In this document: positions 56,002 through 64,000 of the stretch, piece after piece
How the letters are laid out: every line of letters begins with the position of its first letter
Position numbering within the stretch: position 1 is the first letter of the stretch
NCBI GenBank assembly: GCA_964016885.1
Contig: OZ024742.1
Location: forward strand, 227,168,001 to 227,232,000
Direction: 5' to 3'
Origin: Eledone cirrhosa
Taxonomy: Eukaryota
DNA: 64,000 bases
Made by a program: the position numbers and the translations under genes
Notes under the pieces: model-generated
Seen by the model: the letters and a program-made list of their open reading frames with translations, nothing else
Told to the model about the DNA's origin: nothing
The model's database searches: none

Positions 56002-56022
56002 CTTACTGGTTCCTATATATAT

Positions 56023-56055
<33 letters not shown>

Positions 56056-56507
56056 AATATATATATATATGTGTATGTGTGTGTATATATGTGTGTGTGT
56101 ATACATATATATGTGTGTGTGTGTATATGTATATATATGTGTGTATGTGTGTGTATATATGTGTGTGTGTATACATATATATGTGTGTGTGTGTATATGT
56201 ATATATATGTGTGTGTGTGTGTGTGTGTATATATGTGTGTGTGTATGTATATATATGTGTGTGTGTATATATGTGTGTGTGTATGTATATATGTGTGTGT
56301 GTGTGTATGTATATATATATGTGTGTGTGTATGTATATATATATATGTGTGTGTGTGTATGTATATATATATATGTGTGTGTGTGTATATATATATATAT
56401 GTGTGTGTATATATATATATATAAAAGGAAAAAATGAAACAAAATTTCATTTCTCACTCTTAGTGCGGCTGTTACTTAAATATAAGTATGTATAGGTACA
56501 TACATAT

Positions 56508-56918
56508 ATGTATACAGATGTACAGTAGTATGTATATATATATATATACATACATGCACACATATATATATATGTACGTATGTATTCACCGAACATTTAT
56601 TATAATGCTCGGTGTGTTTGTAAACAAACATCCCATATTAAGCCGTACCATACAAAGGAACGTTCAATCATCTGGCAGGAAGGTATACGTTGCTGACGAT
56701 AGCTAATAAGCTTGAAACTAGTACAGTGTTCCTTTGTCAATGTTGAACAAATGAGCAATGATGGTTGCTAGACACTGTACGGCTTAATATGGGATGTTTG
56801 TTTACAAACACACCGAGCATTATAATAAATGTTCGGTGAATCCATACGTACATATATATATATATATATGTGTGCATGTATGTATATATATATACATACT
56901 ACTGTATGTCTGTATACA
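56508..56918. repeat. Imperfect inverted repeat (~140-bp arms) around a 128-bp spacer
   Basis: attcaccgaacatttattataatgctcggtgtgtttgtaaacaaacatcccatattaagccgtac (to 56648) and its reverse complement from 56777. Arms extend into the flanking microsatellite. Confidence 0.92.
56690..56726 (+). ncRNA. Minimal hammerhead motif in IR spacer
   Basis: ttg CTGACGA t AGCT aata AGCT t GAAA ctag TA cag. Palindromic ACTAGT stem III, GUA triplet; U-U at base of stem II and weak stem I. Confidence 0.68.
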
Positions 56919-56931
56919 TACTTATATATAT

Positions 56932-57207
56932 GGGTGGGACGGGAACTGATGCTGGCTTGATTTCTAACACCAACCTCATTTACAGTGAGTGCTGGGTGCT
57001 TTTTTGCCTTGGCACCGCCACGACCACTTTGCAGTGGAATGATAGGGACCCCTGTCCCTATCATCTCATTTCTACAGCTGAGTAAACTGGAGCAATGTGA
57101 AATAAAGTGTCTTGCCCAAGGAAACAATACATCACCCGGTCTGAGAATTGAACTCACAACCTTTCGATTGCAAGGCCGATGCTCTAACCACCAAGCCATG
57201 TGCCTCC
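56932..57207 (-). mobile_element. tRNA SINE
   Basis: Reverse-complement head tggcttggtggttagagcatcgg...gtgagttcaattc; paralogue of 53300-53605. Confidence 0.78.
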
Positions 57208-57699
57208 ATATATATATATATATATGTACATATATATATATATATATGTACATATATATATATATGTACATATATATATGTACATATATATATATATGTA
57301 CATATATATATGTACATATATATATATATATGTACATATATATATGTACATATATATATATATGTACATATATATATATATATATATGTACATATATATA
57401 TATGTGTGCACATATATATATATATATGTACATATATATATATATATATATATTTTTCTTTTCAGGGTATGTCAATATTTATTTATAAAACTAATCTGCA
57501 TTATATTTTATTTGATGAAAGCGCACCATAATCTACCTTGGTGGCCCTTGAAATATGTATAATAGAATAAATATGCTTTTATAAATATAGTTTCCATTTG
57601 TTAATATATTGTATATTTACTCCAATAATTTGTTGAGTGCTTTATATCAGTTATAAAAATATTTTGCTTGTTGTATCTCAACAAATTAAATATAACCTC

Positions 57700-57751
<52 letters not shown>

Positions 57752-57805
57752 TATATATATACACACACACATATATATATGCTTATATATATATATATAT
57801 ATACT

Positions 57806-57865
<60 letters not shown>

Positions 57866-58055
57866 CATAAGATAAGTTGCTTATACGTAGTTGTTATGTT
57901 GTAACTTCTTAAGGAAAAGCCAGTCTGAGTGATCTAAAAGCACTTCATGTCAGTAGTTTATCCCAGTTAAGAGTTAGTGATTAGGAGTGACGGACTATTC
58001 ATTTATCAAATAAGAGTAGTTAAGACGGGATTATTTCACCATAATTGCTCTTATT

Positions 58056-58092
<37 letters not shown>

Positions 58093-58944
58093 CACATATG
58101 TGTCCATCAAGGCTCAGTCCTCAGCCCACTGCTGTTTATTACAGTTTTCCAGGCCATGAGAACTATATGCTGATGACATGGTTCTCATAGCTGAATCTGT
58201 GGAAGAGCAAGAGAAGAAATCCAGCTTTGGAATCGAAAATTAGAATCAAAAGAGCTTAAACTTGAGAAAAACTAAATCTTTGCAAGAAAGGAAACGAGAC
58301 CCTGGTCAGTTTGCCAACCCCAGGCCCCAACAAAAATACATATTGCTCTTAATATATATATATATTAACTACTCTGTGTACAATTATAATATTATGCTGC
58401 AGCATTAACAGAACACTTATGGCCTATTGCCAACCCAAAATTGTCGCCCGGGAGGACCGTCACCCTTGCCCCTCCCCCTGTAGCTACACTAGTAGATGGT
58501 AGGAGGGATGCTGTGCTAGAAAAGACTCATCCAACTCATGCAAGCATGGAGAAGCTTATGTAAAATGATGATAATATCTATAGGGCATCCAACCATAGAA
58601 ACCAAACTAAAATCAGAATGTAAGTGCCAGGTGTGGTCACTTGACTAGTTTAACCTCAGTATGTGACAACCTGTCTAACTCATGCAAGCATAGAAAAAAC
58701 AATGTTAAACAGTAATGATGTCAATGATGATAATACAGTCTTATCTCTCTCTTCCTTTATACTGAGCCTGAGTCTGAAATAGCATCATTTTTTCTTACCT
58801 GAAATACATTTATTCTATTTATAAATCTGACTAAATGAATATATTTTAAAGTTGGTAGAGAAATTCTGGAAAAATAGGTTTAATGTTTGGAAGAATGACT
58901 CTAGACAAGGCTGTAAAGGGTATCCCTATTTCTCTATTCTTGCC

Positions 58945-59270
58945 ATTCTGAGTTTAACTTTGCCTTTCATCCTTACGGGGTCGATAAAATAAAGTACCAG
59001 TAATGTACTGGGTAATTGCTGGCCTTGTGCCAAAAAGTAGAAACAATTATTAATCATGGTTTGTGAGGGATTAGCAGTATCGGTAGTGTGTCAGACAAAA
59101 TGCTTTGCAGTATTTAATTATAACTTTCTACATTCTGAGTTCAAATCCCCACTGACGTAAATTTTGCCTTTCATCCTTCCAGGGTCAATAAAATAAAGTT
59201 CCAGTAAAATACTGAGGTCAATTTGACTTTCCCCTAAAAAATTATTGGCCTATACAATAAACAATTATTA
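58945..59270 (+). mobile_element. Two tandem Nin-like SINE copies
   Basis: gcctttcatccttacggggtcgataaaataaagtaccag and gcctttcatccttccagggtcaataaaataaag. Confidence 0.75.
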
Positions 59271-59378
59271 TTGACGGTTTGTAATGGTCCTATTTCTATC
59301 CCCAAAATATCCAAGTATAAATCTAAATCTACATGTTTCTTTATTTCTCTTTTTTTCTCTTCCATTCTATTGTACCAG

Positions 59379-59490
59379 AGGCTTTTGCGATACCTGTGCA
59401 CTTCAGTTGGAACGCTGTCCGATGTGTCGAGACCCTATACAAGAAAGGAAGTTAGATCCAGAGGAAAACACAAACAAGTTGCTGGTATAA
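59379..59490 (+). CDS. RSPRY1: RSPRY1 last coding exon (second half of RING finger, TAA stop)
   Basis: Long pyrimidine tract + taccag|. Translates GFCDTCALQLERCPMCRDPIQERKLDPEENTNKLLV*, completing the C3HC4 RING (CxxC...CPxCR). Confidence 0.92.
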
Positions 59491-59803
59491 ACCAATGTGA
59501 GGGTTAGAGGGCTGTTCTATGTGGGGGATGGGGGATAGTTGAAGTTAACATCCAGAGGAGAACACAATTTGTTGGTAAAAAACCAATGAGAGGGTGAGAT
59601 AGTTGTGTTCTGTGTGGAGACATGGGCAGTGGACCTTAACAGAATCGGCGCCAGGAGGAAAGACAAGACAAAAGAAGCCAAATAATGCAAGCATAAATGT
59701 CAAAGCTGATCTATGTTCTGGCATGGCAGCAATGACAGCGGTGATGGTGGCTAAAAGGTAAATTACTTTTTAGCAGAAAAATATACATACATATATATGT
59801 ATG

Positions 59804-59834
<31 letters not shown>

Positions 59835-60617
59835 GTATGTGTATATATATATATATAAAAGATGACTAAGAAGAGACAAACAGACAGATAAACAGAGACA
59901 GAAATGGTTCTGTCATACAGTTTCAGAGAATTCCAAACTGTTGCATTGGAAAAAAAACAAAACAAAAACAAAGATAAAAAAACAAACAAAACAAATACAA
60001 ACTTGTTAATTGAATTTTCTTTTTCTTTTTATTTCAAACGACATCCCACTCCACCCTATTCCCCACCCCACCCCACAAATTTTATCACCCCCACCCAACA
60101 AATCTTTTCTCCCCTATCACCTCATACCCCAAATCTTCTCTCCTCCATCCTCACCCCACAAATTTTCTCTCTTTCCATCCCCACCCCATATATCTCCTCC
60201 ATCACCCCCATAAATCTTCTCTCCCCATCCCCACCCCACAAAGTTTCCCTCCCCTCCCCACAAATCGTCTCCCTCATTCCCATCCATCATACCAAAAATC
60301 TTACCCCACACTTGCCAACATTCTTTGTTTTTGTTTTAATTATTTTTTTTTTAATTTTGTAAAAAAATGAAACATGAAAAAATGATTTTTTTCGTTATTT
60401 TGTTTGTTTTTAAATTTGAATAATTTTTTTTTTGATTGGCACCAAAAATCCATTCTCATCTCATGGGTCCATTCTTTCTATCTTCATTGTGACTGCCACA
60501 GTTGTTGCTGTCTTTGATATATATATATAAGTAAAATTGTTTTGAAACAACGAGCAAATTTGAAATTAGAATTAGAAGCTTTCGACGGGTCTTTTTTTTA
60601 CTAAAGAAAACTTAGCT

Positions 60618-60719
60618 TGATAGTGGGGTTTAGAATCCTCTAAGAAATGGAAAAAGATGAGTATTGATGTCAATACTCATCTTTTTCCATTTCTTAGAGG
60701 ATTCTAAACCCCACTATCA
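60618..60719. repeat. Perfect palindrome, 50-bp arms with 2-nt spacer; imperfect extension 60565-60769
   Basis: tgatagtggggtttagaatcctctaagaaatggaaaaagatgagtattga-tg-tcaatactcatctttttccatttcttagaggattctaaaccccactatca. Confidence 0.95.
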
Positions 60720-61029
60720 GGCTGAAATTTCTTTAGTCAATAAATACAGCGAAAGCTTTTAATTCTAATATATATATATATATATATCTTTCTTCCCCAG
60801 CAATGGCAGGTAGCTGTCTAGTATAGATTTATATACACACGTATACATACACTTCCTATTCTTTTGGGGATTTGAGAAAAATAAAATACTAGTGAAATAC
60901 TAGGGATTGATGTAATAAACTGCCCCCCCCCCCACACACACACACACACAAAAAATTTCTAGCCTTATGCCTACAGCATTCATCTGACAGACAGACAGGT
61001 AGCTCCCATATTTATTATTATTATGGTAT

Positions 61030-62880
61030 TTAGTTACGGGACTTTTAAATTCTGAGGTCAAATATGCCATCTGAGCAAAGAAGGAGGCTTAGAAAGCTTG
61101 GCATTTGAAAATTCACATCTGAGGCAGTAAAGGCATCCAAAGTTAAGACAGAGGAGGACTTTGTAGTTAAGCTGGAATCTGACTTCAGATCCGCAAATAA
61201 AGTGTTCCGGCAGACCATCTGCTGACTTTATAAGAAGTCCTATTCCACATTGCTATCATAAAAGCGTCTGGGCTCCTATCTTCAGAGAGGTGCATCCTCA
61301 TGAGATAGAGAGAATACTTTACTAATCTCCTAAAACTGGTCACAACATCTTCTGATGTGCATAAGGTGAATCTAAGAGCGATGACTAACCTCTTGGAGGC
61401 TGAGGTTGCAAAATCATTTAAAGAGCTTAAATATGAAAAGGCCACTGAAGAGGATTAAATTCGGCCCAAGATATTAAAAGCCTTAGAGAAGATATTCTCT
61501 GGCTGACTTGTGTGTGCCGGACAACATGGATCTCGAAAGGTACCTAGGCAATGGCAATCGGGAGTAATAATCCCAATTTTTAAAAAAGGAGATGGGAGAA
61601 TGCTCCAATTATAGAGGGATCTCCTTGTTAAGCCTCTCCGGTAAAGTCTATGTTAAGTGTTTGGCAAAGAGATGTAGAGATATTGTTGAGTTCAAGCTAG
61701 CTGATGAACAGCGTGGTTTTCACCCTGGACACAGCCAACCAAATATTCACACTGTGACAGGTCTTTGAGAAAATCATGCAGGTACTATTAAGAGGTGTAT
61801 TCTTGTTCCGTAGACCTTGAAAAGGCATATGACCACATTTCATAGGATCTGTTGTGGAAGGTTCTGCAGGAGTATGGGGCCAATAGACAGCTTTTTGTTG
61901 CCCTGATGTCTCTGTATGAATGCCCGATTATTTGTGTTCGGATAAATGGTACTAAATCAAAAGCATTCAATGTAGGTGTCGGACCCACCAAGGGTGCATA
62001 CTGTCACCTTTCCTGATCATAATCTTCATGGAAAAGATTGGCTTGCGCAACCGGGTTGGAAGTGGTATCAAGACTGGCAGGTGCAGGATCAGTCAATTGG
62101 AATTTGCAGACAACATGGTATTACTTAAGGCATCAGGAGGTGATCTCTGACATGCACTTGATAGGTTAGTTGCCAAGTGTTGCATGGCAAAAATAAAAAT
62201 CAGTGCTGCGAAGACTGAGACACTCGTCCTCTCAAGGAAGCCAGTGCAGTGCACTTTACAAGAGAGTGAAGTTCCACTGAAGCAGGTGGTGAAGTTCAAG
62301 TATCTTGGGGCTGTGTTCACAAATGATGGAAGCCAAGAAGCTGAATTAAGTGCGAGAATTGCAAGAGCTGGTGCGGTGATGCACCAGCTTCAGCATTTGG
62401 AAGAAGGGAGGCAATTGTAAAAGCCAAACTTGCTATCTTCAATTTGATATTCATACCAACTCTTACTTATGGTCATGAATGGTAATGACTAAAAGAATGC
62501 AATCTCAAATACAAGCAGCTGAAATGGGGTTCCTCTGAAAGGAGTAACATTACTCGATAGAGTGCATAGCTCAGAGATCAGAGTCACCCCAGGTAGAACC
62601 ACTATTCCTCCAAATTGAGAGATCACAGCTCCAATATTATGGACATGTGGTTAGAATGTATCAGGAAAGAATCACTGGACAGATTTTATGGACAAAACCA
62701 ACCAGCAGGAGACCCAGGGGTAGACCCCCCCAAACAAGATGGTTGGATAACATCCATGAGCTTGGCTGGTCTCACTTGAGGATCCAGCCAGATCAATTGG
62801 AAACAATTGCTTCTGACACAACCCACTGGAAGGAGTGCTTGAGGACTCTGCCCTTGTGACCCTCCCAGGAATAATAATAA
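61030..62880 (+). mobile_element. Degenerate RTE-like LINE (second family), multiple frameshifts
   Basis: Remnants IIPIFKKGD..NYRGISLL, VDLEKAYD, QGCILSP, EFADN, FKYLG, YYGHVVRM..RPRGRP..RWLD. Confidence 0.85.
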
Positions 62881-64000
62881 GAAGAAATAGAGGAGGGCAT
62901 GGTTAATTATTCCACCCACATGCCATGCCTTTGCCATCTCTATATCAGTTCTGCTTCTTTACATTGTTGTTAAGTCATGACTGTTCCTCTTCTCTTGATT
63001 TGTTTCCCCTCCCATTCCCCTTATTCTGGCTTCATATCGTATACCACATGTGGGGAGAGTCTTGTCAACACCAATACACAAGTAGGCCTTAATATACCTA
63101 ATTGCTAGTCATACACATGTAGGCCTTAATATACTTAATTACTACATTTATACACATGTATGGATTTCAGACTGACTTAATGTAACAATTTATCACATTC
63201 ATGTAGCTACTACGATACATGCAGCTATTACTTCTACATGTTGGACATAATGTAGTTATATGATTACACATATAGTAATTTCATTACACATGTGGCTACT
63301 ACATGTAGAGCTAAGTGTAGCTATTTTCTACATTCATAATAGTTTCAATACATGTCATCTATTACATGTAGGAACGACTTAATAAAGTAACATCTTGTTT
63401 CTTTAAGTGTTTGAATCTACCCAAAATGTTGTTAAACAATGTCTACCTCCCATCTTCTCACACACACTCTCTCATGCACATACACACAGCCTTCATGACA
63501 CACTTTCACACATACATTCATACACATACACACAACCTTAAGGCACACACACTCACACATATACACACATACGCATGTACTTTCACACACACACAACCTT
63601 CACACATACACGTGCACTTTCACACACACACACATGAACATTTGACTCATTAGGAAATTAACGTGTAAGTGGCTGAGTATTCCACAGATACATGTGCATT
63701 CTTAATATAATTCCCAAGATGAATCACTGTGACACAATGTGTAACGAGGCTGTACATTTGAATTAGAAATATAGTCCATCCGACAGGCTTCCTCACAGTT
63801 ACTGTGTCCTAAAATTTCATTTAGTTATTATCCTTACACATACACACACCCTTCTTTGTGTTTTGTAAATTTACATGTATAATAATAATGATAATGATGA
63901 TGATGATAATAATGAAAACAAACAATGCCTATAATAATAGGTGCTCTGGTAATGATAAAAAAGCACGCAGACAAATATATAACCCAAACGCCAGGACTTA

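Larger units (their letters stand above)
54126..56016. repeat. Long inverted repeat: 877-bp arms (54126-55002, 55140-56016), 137-bp spacer
   Basis: Arm ends are reverse complements; the ORF track gives identical peptides on opposite strands (54360-54557- / 55585-55782+; 54569-54787- / 55355-55573+). Confidence 0.97.

Overview
Eukaryotic, AT-rich, repeat-dominated DNA. The SINE/LINE/MITE repertoire suggests a coleoid cephalopod, probably an octopus (inference). The only recognisable host gene is the 3' half of RSPRY1 (SPRY + RING E3 ligase), present as four + strand coding exons (40645-40747, 46566-46718, 47987-48091, 59379-59490). No earlier exon was found, so 1-40644 is probably one very large intron. 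That stretch holds RTE LINEs, piggyBac-type MITEs, SINEs, an 18-bp array, a ~5-kb 29-bp satellite and a ~15-kb (CCA)n-AACCCTA array. The downstream introns hold two Penelope-like (GIY-YIG) retroelement fragments, a mariner remnant and a dense set of hammerhead-ribozyme motifs. The most striking structure is an apparently perfect 877-bp inverted repeat (54126-55002 / 55140-56016). It belongs to an apparently non-coding element and carries an atypical hammerhead (U3-A8 core, long stem II) at each outer end. Most ORFs in the supplied track are artefacts of simple repeats.
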